This document shows, piece after piece, positions 47,708 to 57,014 of a stretch of DNA of 64,000 nucleotides; positions within the stretch are counted from its first letter, which is position 1; the number at the start of each line of letters is the position of its first letter. The stretch is from a virus: IMG/VR virus record IMGVR_UViG_3300025000_000065, positions 32,001 through 96,000 of that record. The stretch is one strand, 5' to 3'. A program made the translations under genes and the position numbers. Under the pieces are notes generated by a model. It saw only the letters and a program-made list of their open reading frames with translations. It did no database searches and was not told where the DNA came from.

Positions 47708-50401
47708 TTAACCATAAATTGATGCGACATCTCTCACGCTTCCTTGTCTAACAAGAGTAGAATTGATTTCTTTTATAACATCTCTAGCAATGTCTTTTAT
47801 TTTTGGAATTGTTTTTTCAATTACATCACCTTGAACCGTAATTAAACTTTCAATATTTAAACCTCCAGAACCTTGAGCCTTATTAATAATGTTAGCAACA
47901 CGAGGAATCATCTTTAAGGTTTTCAATATATCATTGTTATTCATTACCTCTTCACCAACAAGAAGTTTAGAAAGAATTTCACCTGGTAATGTTCTAACTC
48001 CACCTACTGCACCAGAAGATAAACCACTATGATGAGTAGGAAGTGTTTCTGTAGATACAACTGGGGAAACTCCACCATATAATGCATCTGCTAAATTTCC
48101 GTATTTTAATAATGCATCATAAGCTTCATTCCATGCTTCGACAACATCTGTTACAATTCCAGATCCATATTCAGAATTCCAATCTATTAATGATTGATAT
48201 AAATCAGGAGCTTGTTCCCCAATTCTATCTAATGCATCTTGAGCAATTTGACCAGTTTTATCTAAGTATTCATCAATAGCAGAAACAGCCTCTTCAATTA
48301 TTGCAATTTGAGAATCGATGTTTTCTTTATATAGCTCATATTCTTGATCCAGTGCTTCTTCCTGCAAATCATAAGATCTATCTCTTTGAGTTTGTTCTAA
48401 GTCTTTTTGAGCATCTGCTAATTCTTCAGCGAGTTCTAACTGTCTTGCTTTAGACTCAGCGGAAGTATCAAGTGCCAAAATTGCCATTTCAGATTGAATC
48501 TGAGCAATAGTTTTAGTTTTATCCTCTAGTTCTTCTTGATATTCTACGGATTCTTGTTCTGCTCTTAAGATTTCTTTTTTGGCATCTATAATTTCTTCAT
48601 AAGCGTCAAGTTGTGCTTCTAATCCATCTATTTGATCTTTTAAAGCATCTTTTCTTGCGTTTTGCTCCGCTTTAATTAAACTAATGACTAGATTGTGAAG
48701 ATCTTTAAGTGTTTTTATTTCTTCTTTTGCAGCAGCAGAAGATCCACCACCGCCACCGCCTCCAGCACCACCACCTGAATATCCAGGAAAAGCAGATCGA
48801 GTTGGAACATTTGTAGGAGGTGGATTGAACGGCAAAGAAACGCCATTTAGAATATCATCACCCATTGGTTCTGTACTTTGATTAGAAATAACATTTCCAC
48901 TTGTAGTAACAACAAAATTTAAATAATAATCTCCACTTATCGCATTTGCAGCATTTCCAATATTTAAAATGTTACCAATTGCTATTGCAGCAGCTTCATA
49001 AGATCCATTTGCTAAATCAATCATGGCTTGATCCATTGAACCCAATACTCTTACAGTTTCCGATCCCATGAATCCCCAAGCTGTCATCATATCAGCAGCC
49101 ATAGTATAGGCTACATTTTTAGCTTCATTGCCTAAAGTAGATAATTGTATTCTTTGAATAAATGTACTAACGATAGATGCCTGAAGAGATTTCTCATAAG
49201 CATCAGCGGTTTTTAAAATATCCTGTTCAACATTATATAATTCATATTGTAGATCACCCAATTGAGTTAATTGCTCATCTGATAATGTTGGTTGTTCTGA
49301 AAGTAATCGTATTTCTTCTCTTAATTCTGCCGCTTGAATTCCTGCTTTTTCTTGTTTTTCGTGATAAGAATCAAATGCTTTTCCAAATGAATCATCGAGT
49401 ATATATTGCAGATTATCAAATGCTTGAGATAATTCTTCTGTGCTATCAAAGATTTGACCATGCGCACGTCTCCAAGCTGTTACCCAAGTATCTAATTCTG
49501 CTTTCGTAGCATTAAATAAACCGAGTTCAGCATCAGTAAGAGTTCCAAAATCTTCAGCGGTTTTTACTATAACCTTTCCTCCGCTGCTTACAACTCTTAT
49601 TAACTCACCGTTTTCACCGATGGTATATCCAGCAATTTCCGCTGCTCTTTCTACTGCTTCAATATAATCATTATAATTACCTGTTGTATCTTTTAGTGTG
49701 GAAATTACTTCTTTCAATCCTTGATCAAGTATTTTTTGTTTATTTACAAAAAGATCAGCTATAATTCCTGCTCTATTATGAGCTTCATTAACGGAATCCA
49801 CCATTTTTTTGTATTCACCCATTACTTGTTCGGTGGTCTTAATTTCTTCACCTAAATTTTTAAAAGCATTAGACCAAGCATTAGTTGTATTTTCTAATCC
49901 TAAATCTTGCTGTTTCTTAACTGTTTGTTGATATGTTATAATTACAGCAGTTAAAGCAACAATTGCGATTTGAAAAATTGAAACCCAAGATATAGTTGTT
50001 TTTAATAAAAGTTGCAAACTAACTAATGAAAAAGAAAATCCTTGTATAGCCGTAGTTGCACCCATAATTTTAATAATAAAATTTGCCATTGCTTGGGCAC
50101 TTAAAACTCCAACCAAACCAATAAGAGATTCTAAAATAGGAATTAGTCCACCCATAGAATCAATTGCTTCAACAGAAGAAATTCCTAAGTCTAAAAAGAA
50201 TTTAATGACATCATCATCGATTGCTTTTTGCCATAGGTTTTCCATTGCTGCCTTTAATGTATTTGCTTTTCCCTCTATGGAATCCATGTAAATTTTATAT
50301 CGTTCTGTAGCCAATCCAACAGAATGAAGTTGTTGTTCTTGAGCTTCTAGTACCTGGTTGTAGTTTTCCATCAAAATTAAAAAATTTTCGCGTTGCCGAA
50401 C
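47708..50401 (-). CDS. Tape measure protein, exon 2
   Basis: Frame resumes VRQRENFLILMENY; hydrophobic segments, long helices, Gly-rich linker, HHSG. Confidence 0.85.
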   Translation of the reverse strand, partial: VRQRENFLILMENYNQVLEAQEQQLHSVGLATERYKIYMDSIEGKANTLKAAMENLWQKAIDDDVIKFFLDLGISSVEAIDSMGGLIPILESLIGLVGVLSAQAMANFIIKIMGATTAIQGFSFSLVSLQLLLKTTISWVSIFQIAIVALTAVIITYQQTVKKQQDLGLENTTNAWSNAFKNLGEEIKTTEQVMGEYKKMVDSVNEAHNRAGIIADLFVNKQKILDQGLKEVISTLKDTTGNYNDYIEAVERAAEIAGYTIGENGELIRVVSSGGKVIVKTAEDFGTLTDAELGLFNATKAELDTWVTAWRRAHGQIFDSTEELSQAFDNLQYILDDSFGKAFDSYHEKQEKAGIQAAELREEIRLLSEQPTLSDEQLTQLGDLQYELYNVEQDILKTADAYEKSLQASIVSTFIQRIQLSTLGNEAKNVAYTMAADMMTAWGFMGSETVRVLGSMDQAMIDLANGSYEAAAIAIGNILNIGNAANAISGDYYLNFVVTTSGNVISNQSTEPMGDDILNGVSLPFNPPPTNVPTRSAFPGYSGGGAGGGGGGGSSAAAKEEIKTLKDLHNLVISLIKAEQNARKDALKDQIDGLEAQLDAYEEIIDAKKEILRAEQESVEYQEELEDKTKTIAQIQSEMAILALDTSAESKARQLELAEELADAQKDLEQTQRDRSYDLQEEALDQEYELYKENIDSQIAIIEEAVSAIDEYLDKTGQIAQDALDRIGEQAPDLYQSLIDWNSEYGSGIVTDVVEAWNEAYDALLKYGNLADALYGGVSPVVSTETLPTHHSGLSSGAVGGVRTLPGEILSKLLVGEEVMNNNDILKTLKMIPRVANIINKAQGSGGLNIESLITVQGDVIEKTIPKIKDIARDVIKEINSTLVRQGSVRDVASIYG

Positions 50402-51910
50402 TTTTCTGTTGCTTTCACACCGCGAAGCATGTTACTGACCATTTTACAATGGCGATTAAGTATTTCTACTTAATTCTGCAATTTCTTTTTGTTATAGTTG
50501 CAGAGCAGACCATATCTTTTTCTTGTTTTATACAAGAAAGATGACGCGGGAATTTATGTCACCACAAACACCCAATTGGTCGTTACGGATTCTCAAAAAT
50601 TATAAATAATGACTAAAAATTGTGTGTAGTTTAGTCAAATCTTTTCTAAAAATTTCTATTAATTTAATATTATTATCTTTACAAATATTTCTTTTTTCTT
50701 TCATTCTCTCAAAATAAAAAATTTTTTCTGGCATTCCAAAAAATTCTACAAATATATTTTTTTCAATTACCCAATCAACTCGTTTTAATCCACATCTATC
50801 ATCTTCACAATACTTATTATACATTTCCTCTTTTTTATAATTTATATCATTATCTATTAAAAAATTTGTTATTGTCAATTCAGACTTGGAAAAACATAAA
50901 TCTTTATTTGTAGAATAATATGTATTAGATTCTCCAAATAAAGAAGAATTTGAATCTAAATTAGCTAACCCACATGCATTTCGATATCCATCAAATCGTC
51001 TTTCAAATGTTTTTACAGATGGCAATCCATAAAGAACAAGTTCGCTACCATAAGGAGTTCTTCCTAAATATTCTCCTAATTCTTTTAGTTGTTCTATCAT
51101 TTGATCTGCATCATACCATTTAACACTTTTTTCTTTAGTTTTATGAAATCCTAATTTAAGTGCCATAGTTCTTATGCTTTCCGGTTTTCTATTAAGAAAA
51201 TATTTTTCACTCAAGTATTTATTAGTATAATGAGGATAAACGGTTTTTAATAATTTTATATCTTCGTTTGTCCAAGTTTTATTTACTTTCAATCTTAAAT
51301 TATTTATTTTTGCATAAACACCAGATAAAGTTCGATTTAATTTTTTAGCAATTTCTTCATAAGATAATGTATCATAATTTTTTATTAAAAAATCAATTTC
51401 ATCAGGTGAATAATCTCTGTTTTTTTCAACAATTATATTCAACTCAGAAGATTTATGACGAATTGAATCAATATTATTATTTTCTAAATTTTTCATTAAT
51501 AACTCATAATTTCCACTAGGATATAATTCTTTTAATATTTTAATCCTATCATCCGTCCACTGATATCTTCCAATTCCCCAAGAAGAAATTAAATTTAATA
51601 TTGTTGAAGAACATCTATTTACTTTTTTACATATTTCGTTTAATGGAATCTTATTATAATTATCTTTAATATAATCTAATTCATTAGGCGTCAATGGTTT
51701 CTTTTTCATACTGTTTAATTATCCTTTTAAAAATATTCGCTACACATCAAATATTTTTTAATAATTTATTTTTTTTTATAATTTTTGAGTCTTTCCTCGG
51801 AATTGTCTGCTTCCAGAGTTTTTCCGATATGGTCATCTTCTGAGATTTTTATTCTAATTATAGAAAATGCAATCTCTATATGTTACCATATATTCTGGCA
51901 TTCTATTTTT
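50402..51910 (-). mobile_element. Group I intron in tape measure gene with ORF in the P6a loop
   Basis: P1 CUGGU/GCCAG with U.G; P3 AGAUGAC/GUCAUCU; P4 UCGGAA/UUCCGA; P6a CUCAAAAAU/AUUUUUGAG; P7 GACCA/UGGUC with AAGAUA; P9 hairpins. Confidence 0.9.
50600..51709 (-). CDS. Intron-encoded putative homing endonuclease (helical repeats plus PD-(D/E)XK/Vsr-like nuclease)
   Basis: Repeats WTDDRIKILK / YSPDEIDFL / WTNEDIKLLK; LGRTP; SKSE..VDW..FVEFFG. Confidence 0.7.
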   Translation of the reverse strand: MKKKPLTPNELDYIKDNYNKIPLNEICKKVNRCSSTILNLISSWGIGRYQWTDDRIKILKELYPSGNYELLMKNLENNNIDSIRHKSSELNIIVEKNRDYSPDEIDFLIKNYDTLSYEEIAKKLNRTLSGVYAKINNLRLKVNKTWTNEDIKLLKTVYPHYTNKYLSEKYFLNRKPESIRTMALKLGFHKTKEKSVKWYDADQMIEQLKELGEYLGRTPYGSELVLYGLPSVKTFERRFDGYRNACGLANLDSNSSLFGESNTYYSTNKDLCFSKSELTITNFLIDNDINYKKEEMYNKYCEDDRCGLKRVDWVIEKNIFVEFFGMPEKIFYFERMKEKRNICKDNNIKLIEIFRKDLTKLHTIFSHYL

Positions 51911-53095
51911 ACCAGCAATAGCATTTGCAACCGCACTTTGCTCTATTTCATTCATCGTAGACCATTTTTCAGCAATTTCATCCATTACATCACCCATAGG
52001 TCTAAATGAAGTAGCGGTATCTCTTAATCTGATATTGACTAAACCCAATGCTCTTTCAACATCGTTAATATTTGTTTTATCATCTTCAAACATTTTTCCA
52101 AGTTTAATGTTTTCTAAACGAGCGAACATCGTCTTCATACTTTGACCTATCGACTCAGCGGAGCGGCGTGAAACGCTCGAAATCGTAGCAATGTAACTTG
52201 TCAACTCATCAAAACTAACTCCTGCTTGTTGAGCAGAAGCAGCAGAATATTGTAGTGCTGTGGCAATTTCATTAGCCGAGGTTGCCATCCGATTATCCAA
52301 ATCGATTATTTTATCAACAACCAAACTAGCATCCTCAGCCTCTAACTTAAATCCATTCAAAGTAGCTGTTAGTTTTTCAGTTGAATCTGCGGATTCCATG
52401 TTTCCTAACTTACTCAACATCAAAGTTGACTTCATTAATTCAGAGGTTTCTTCAATTGTCTTTCCTTGCCTGAACCATTCGAGGCTTCCCTGTGCCACCT
52501 GAATTGTTGTAGCACCCATTTCTTTTGCAAGTTTATTATATTCAACCGCTAATCTGTCAACTTCATCGGCAGTCATTCCCGTAACAATTTGAACATTTGT
52601 TAACTCTTTGTTCAAATCTTTAATATATTGTATTCCTTCTTCTATTTTTCGAAGACTTCCATAAATAGCTTGTGTTGCAAGAAACCATATTGCAACTTTT
52701 TTAATAGCAACTTCAAGCATGGATGTAAATCCATAACCATCTTTAGTCGTATTTTTCATAGAAGCACCGACTTTAGTAACAGAAGTTCTTAAATCATCAA
52801 AACTTCCCCTTACGTCTTGAATAGAAGCACCACCCCTTTGAGAAAAACTAGTAATGTTATCTTGAAGAACCTTTAACGATGCTTGAACGTCTGCGTTATT
52901 AAAAATATCTGGAGATTTAAATTGCATTCTTGCAATTTGATTATTCCACTGTTTAACATAAGAATCAATATCTTTCTGCCCCATATTGATACTTGTTGTT
53001 ATTTTAATATTTTTAGTTTTTCTATCTAATTTATCTTGAAGACCTGTAACATCAGGTTCAATGCCAACTATAATATTATAACCACCATTAGCCAT
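51911..53095 (-). CDS. Tape measure protein, exon 1 (TP901-type core)
   Basis: GGAGG RBS; LTNVQIVTG, EWFRQG, LTATLNGF, IGQSMKTMFAR; ends AIAG. Confidence 0.88.
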
Positions 53096-53133
53096 TAATA
53101 ACCCTCCTTTCAACCTCTAGAAAAGAGGCAATT

Positions 53134-54129
53134 TCATAAACCAAACATTTTATCTATAATTTCGTCTGTATGATCTTTTGAATAATCTAAAGTAGTTTTT
53201 GGATCGGAATGATGAAGATAGACTTGAACTTGTTCCAAACTAAATTTTTTAGGAACTCCATCTTTATCTAAAATTCTTTTATCTTCTCCTTGTAATAAAC
53301 ATTCACATCTCGAATGTCGATAACTATGGGGAAAAATATTCATTTGCTTTCCTTCAATTTCACTCAAAATTTCTCTTATTTTTAAAACCCAATCATAAAT
53401 CATTTCATAAGAGGCTTCTCTTTTTTTATCACCACTACCAACAATCCATAAAGATTCAACATTATCTTCTCCACGTTTATCCAACCAAAGTCTTATTAAT
53501 TCCTTGGTATCGTCTAGGTAAATTAATGGAAATATCTTTCCTCTTTTTCCTATGACTGCGTTAGTCTTATTACTATTTAAAAGATTGTATTTTTTTATTT
53601 GAGCAATTTCATTTCTTCTTGCTCCACTATCAAACATCATCATATGGAGTAAAGCAAGTTGAATTTCCCCCATTTCCAATAACTTTTCTTTTACCCTTAT
53701 GATTTGATCAAAAGTCATAAAAAAAGAATCTTCATCAGTTCTAACAGGCTCTTTCGGTAGTCCTTTTATTTTTTGAGCCTGATTAATATCATATTCATAT
53801 TCATCAGAATCTTCAATATAAGAAAGCATACTTCTACAACAACTCATTACTCTATTTACTCTAGCATTTGACATTTTTAAATCATCACTTAACCAAATGC
53901 TAAGTTTTCTAAAATCTCTTTTTCCTAATTCTAATAAATTTCTATTTCCGCAAAATCTTTTTACAAAAATATTAATTATTCTGAGATCATTTTCATATTG
54001 TTTTATTGTACTTGCTTTCATTTTTCGTTGCTGATATTCTTCTAAGAAGTCCTGAACAATATCTTTGTTTTCTATATTTATGTGGGAATATTCTTCATCT
54101 GTGTATATTCTATTATATACTCTGCTCAC
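53134..54129 (-). CDS. Tyrosine recombinase within the tail operon
   Basis: SGARRNE, GKRGK, HSYRHS, LHHSD..TT.DY. Confidence 0.88.
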   Translation of the reverse strand: MSRVYNRIYTDEEYSHINIENKDIVQDFLEEYQQRKMKASTIKQYENDLRIINIFVKRFCGNRNLLELGKRDFRKLSIWLSDDLKMSNARVNRVMSCCRSMLSYIEDSDEYEYDINQAQKIKGLPKEPVRTDEDSFFMTFDQIIRVKEKLLEMGEIQLALLHMMMFDSGARRNEIAQIKKYNLLNSNKTNAVIGKRGKIFPLIYLDDTKELIRLWLDKRGEDNVESLWIVGSGDKKREASYEMIYDWVLKIREILSEIEGKQMNIFPHSYRHSRCECLLQGEDKRILDKDGVPKKFSLEQVQVYLHHSDPKTTLDYSKDHTDEIIDKMFGL

Positions 54130-54138
54130 ATTCCCTCC

Positions 54139-54594
54139 TTATAAAATTCCTTGCTGTTTGAAATAAGTTAATCCAACAGCTAAAGAATCAGATTCATCAT
54201 CATTATTAATTACTACATCTTTCCATTGTTTTAAAACAGATTTTTTAACTTGTTCTTTATCTGCTTTACCACTTCCTGTAACGGTTTTTTTTACTGTAGT
54301 TGCAGGAATATAAATTTGTTCAGACTTCCATAATAAACAATTTATTACACCAACACATCGATAGATCTGTTGGGTAACTGTCCCAAACTTGGAAAACCCC
54401 TTTTCGATAATGACTAAATCAAATTCATATCGTTTTTTTAAATTAATAAAGAAATCTGCAATTTTTTTTAATCTAATTTGTGTTAAATCTTTTGGTGAAG
54501 TGGGAACACTAAAAACTTCAATTACATTTCCCTTTTCATCAAAAATAGATCCACCAGTATTCACCAATGAAATATCTAATGCTAAAATATACAT
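54139..54594 (-). CDS. ruvC: RuvC-like Holliday junction resolvase
   Basis: LALDISLVNTG, IIEKG, VKK.VTGSGKADKEQV, DESDSLAV. Confidence 0.85.
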   Translation of the reverse strand: MYILALDISLVNTGGSIFDEKGNVIEVFSVPTSPKDLTQIRLKKIADFFINLKKRYEFDLVIIEKGFSKFGTVTQQIYRCVGVINCLLWKSEQIYIPATTVKKTVTGSGKADKEQVKKSVLKQWKDVVINNDDESDSLAVGLTYFKQQGIL

Positions 54595-54602
54595 TTTTTA
54601 TA

Positions 54603-54680
54603 CTCCCATATATGCCGATATACATCACACATACCCCCATATATAGGGGTATAAAATTTCTTGACCCCCATATGTGGGGG
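54603..54680. promoter_or_regulatory. Three NrdR-box-like palindromes, 31-bp period
   Basis: CTCCCATATATGCCGA (54603), CCCCCATATATAGGGG (54634), CCCCCATATGTGGGGG (54665). Confidence 0.65.
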
Positions 54681-54722
54681 TATAAAATCCAATAAAATGT
54701 GAATTTCATTATTTCTAAAAAA

Positions 54723-54757
54723 ATAGAACACGCTCGGAGATCCGAAACGTGTTCTAT
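54723..54757 (-). terminator. Intrinsic terminator after holin
   Basis: ATAGAACACG..TCGGA/TCCGA..CGTGTTCTAT followed by U-tract on - strand. Confidence 0.65.
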
Positions 54758-54775
54758 ATCCAATGTTTTCGTCTA

Positions 54776-55084
54776 TTATGCGCTATTGTTTTTATCAACA
54801 ATATGAAAAGCTTTAGTTCCTAAAACATAAGTAATTACAGTTACGACAACCATAAAATACGGAGAAGCCTGTGCAATAAGCTCCTGAGGAACAAAAGTTG
54901 TAATTGCTAAAGCCCCAATACCTAATAGAGAAGGAATGACAATCATTAAAAATTGTTTTACTTTAGCTGTTTGTGCTTGAAACCAATCCCATCTTTCAGC
55001 TAAAAATGAAACTAATAAAGCCCCACCGCCACCAGTCAACCAAATTAAAAACCCACCTAAATCTTGAAATTTTTCTTCAGCCAT
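54776..55084 (-). CDS. Putative holin
   Basis: 102 aa; three hydrophobic segments; short polar C-terminus; late operon. Confidence 0.6.
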   Translation of the reverse strand: MAEEKFQDLGGFLIWLTGGGGALLVSFLAERWDWFQAQTAKVKQFLMIVIPSLLGIGALAITTFVPQELIAQASPYFMVVVTVITYVLGTKAFHIVDKNNSA

Positions 55085-55097
55085 CTTTATATTTCTC

Positions 55098-55592
55098 CTA
55101 AAATATTCTAATAAATTTTATTTTATGTTTTCTAAAAGCCTTTTCAATTATTTGATTTATTTTACCATCATCTAATTCATCTATTAAAGGATGCCAAAAA
55201 TCTCTAGGCTTTCTCCATTCTCCATCACCAAAAAGATCACCACTTTTTCCTTCAATTACAATGTACGCAAGCATATCTCTTATATCATTTTGATACCAAA
55301 ATCTACTTCCATGTTGAAAGTCGTCTTCATTTAGAATTAATCTTTCTGGTTTTTCTTTTACTTCACCAATAACTTTTCCATTTACAATTTTCGCTCTTTC
55401 TTCTTCCCATAAATCTCTAAGACCACCATTGTCCCCTAATCTTTCATAAGTGGAAGGAGAAAAAGAATTATAAACCTTTTTATCAATGTTTTTTTTTAAT
55501 AATTCTAAAATTTCATCGACAACCATATCCATGACAGATTTCATTTGACTTAATATTATAAGTTTTAATTGGGTTTCATTTTGAATTTTCAT
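55098..55592 (-). CDS. Tail completion/neck protein (HK97 gp10-like)
   Basis: VY..FSP..YER, KPRDF. Confidence 0.5.
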   Translation of the reverse strand: MKIQNETQLKLIILSQMKSVMDMVVDEILELLKKNIDKKVYNSFSPSTYERLGDNGGLRDLWEEERAKIVNGKVIGEVKEKPERLILNEDDFQHGSRFWYQNDIRDMLAYIVIEGKSGDLFGDGEWRKPRDFWHPLIDELDDGKINQIIEKAFRKHKIKFIRIF

Positions 55593-55614
55593 GTATCACC
55601 ATCCTTATATTAAA

Positions 55615-55824
55615 TCATTGAAAATCTTCTTGATATCGCTCCTTATGTTTTTTATCTCTAAATATTTCTAAACATTCACATGAGGAACAAAAAATATATT
55701 TTTCTGGATATATAATTCCATCTATTTCTTTATTTTTTAAAATTAAATACGTTTCTTTTGATTCACAATCTGAACAAGGTTTCCCCAATCGTTTCAACGT
55801 TTTATTTTTACCATGTTTAATCAT
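55615..55824 (-). CDS. Small Zn-ribbon protein
   Basis: CSDC..CSSC. Confidence 0.45.
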   Translation of the reverse strand: MIKHGKNKTLKRLGKPCSDCESKETYLILKNKEIDGIIYPEKYIFCSSCECLEIFRDKKHKERYQEDFQ

Positions 55825-55827
55825 ATT

Positions 55828-56451
55828 CTACTCTAATTTTTTAGGTCTACCTGGTTTTTTCTTTGGTTCTTCCGATTTTTTTTCCAACAATCCAGGAACT
55901 CTATTATTCAATTCTTCTAAAGAACTATTGAATCCGTTTATCACATTTTTTAAATCTTCAACATCCAAATCTTTAAAATGATCAATTAATTTTACAATAG
56001 TATCTCTAACAATATCAACACTGTCATTTATATTTTTTGATAATTCATTGAATCCGTTCATTGCTTCATTTAAAATTTCTTCAATAGCAGATAATGACAA
56101 TTGACCTTTTTGAATAAGAGAAATAACCTCATCTAAATGAAATCTAAAATTATCATAATTATCTATTCGATCTCTTATATCTTTCCAAATATATTGTTCA
56201 ACAAAATTAGAGTTAAACTCGTCTCCTATTTCAATGTTTGTTAAATCTGCAACAATGTGAGACATCAAAACTTTTTCCGCTACAATGTATCCATCTGCAA
56301 AATGAGGATACTTATTTAGATTTTCTATGTATTCTTTAATATACTTTATTTCTTTTTCATAATCAATAAAATCTTGAATAACTATTTTTTGATTTAAAAA
56401 ATAAAATATTTTTGGTTCTAATTCGGGAAAATTTATTTTTACCTTATCCAT
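55828..56451 (-). CDS. Hypothetical protein (possible tail assembly chaperone)
   Basis: Between tail tube and TMP; C-terminal KKKPGRPKK. Confidence 0.45.
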   Translation of the reverse strand: MDKVKINFPELEPKIFYFLNQKIVIQDFIDYEKEIKYIKEYIENLNKYPHFADGYIVAEKVLMSHIVADLTNIEIGDEFNSNFVEQYIWKDIRDRIDNYDNFRFHLDEVISLIQKGQLSLSAIEEILNEAMNGFNELSKNINDSVDIVRDTIVKLIDHFKDLDVEDLKNVINGFNSSLEELNNRVPGLLEKKSEEPKKKPGRPKKLE

Positions 56452-56463
56452 TATATAAAATCC

Positions 56464-56919
56464 TTATTTTAAATTATTAAAAAAAGTAACTATCATTTCT
56501 TTATTTTCAATCACCCATTTTGTAAAACTAATAAGTGATGTTCCAATAATTGATATCACAGCACCAGGAACAAATAAATGAGAGTTCTTATCTATAAAAG
56601 ATTTGAAAACATCTCTAAAATCTAATTGAAATTTTTTTTCAGAACTTTCAAATTTTGTTTTTAATTCGTTGGTCGTATTTGATAAATCAATAATTTTTGA
56701 AGATTGATCTTTTATTTCAAATGTCATACGAGTTAGTGTATCATCAACACCTTCAATGACGCTTGTATTTTTATTAAATGCAACTTCAAGTTTTTCTAAT
56801 AATACCTCCGTAATGGCACTACGTTTATCTACATCTTGAATCCAGCCTTCCATCTTTTCAACTCTCTTTGTTAAATCGTTAATTTGTTGGCAAGGATTAT
56901 TATGATTTTCTGCTGTCAT
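56464..56919 (-). CDS. Coiled-coil protein with C-terminal membrane anchor (holin-associated-like)
   Basis: GGAGG RBS; heptad repeats; hydrophobic tail. Confidence 0.5.
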   Translation of the reverse strand: MTAENHNNPCQQINDLTKRVEKMEGWIQDVDKRSAITEVLLEKLEVAFNKNTSVIEGVDDTLTRMTFEIKDQSSKIIDLSNTTNELKTKFESSEKKFQLDFRDVFKSFIDKNSHLFVPGAVISIIGTSLISFTKWVIENKEMIVTFFNNLK

Positions 56920-57014
56920 GTAATAACTCCTCCTATAAAATTTTTAGGGGAGATTAAACCCCCATATATTGAGAGAGATTTATTTCTCTCTCAATATACA
57001 TGTTATTATCAAAA

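Noticed and set aside
48745-48775. GC-rich CCACCACCGCC tract as a regulatory repeat
   Set aside because: It simply encodes the poly-Gly linker of the tape measure protein.
47708-53113. Two separate genes or a pseudogenised tape measure
   Set aside because: The intervening sequence has a complete group I core and the protein motif continues across it.
54603-54680. Mini CRISPR array
   Set aside because: Units are 16-bp palindromes with only 15-bp linkers; no cas genes; geometry fits operator boxes.
54389-54763. Short ORFs 54389-54646 (+) and 54539-54763 (-)
   Set aside because: They overlap ruvC, the box array and a terminator; no RBS or protein-like features.
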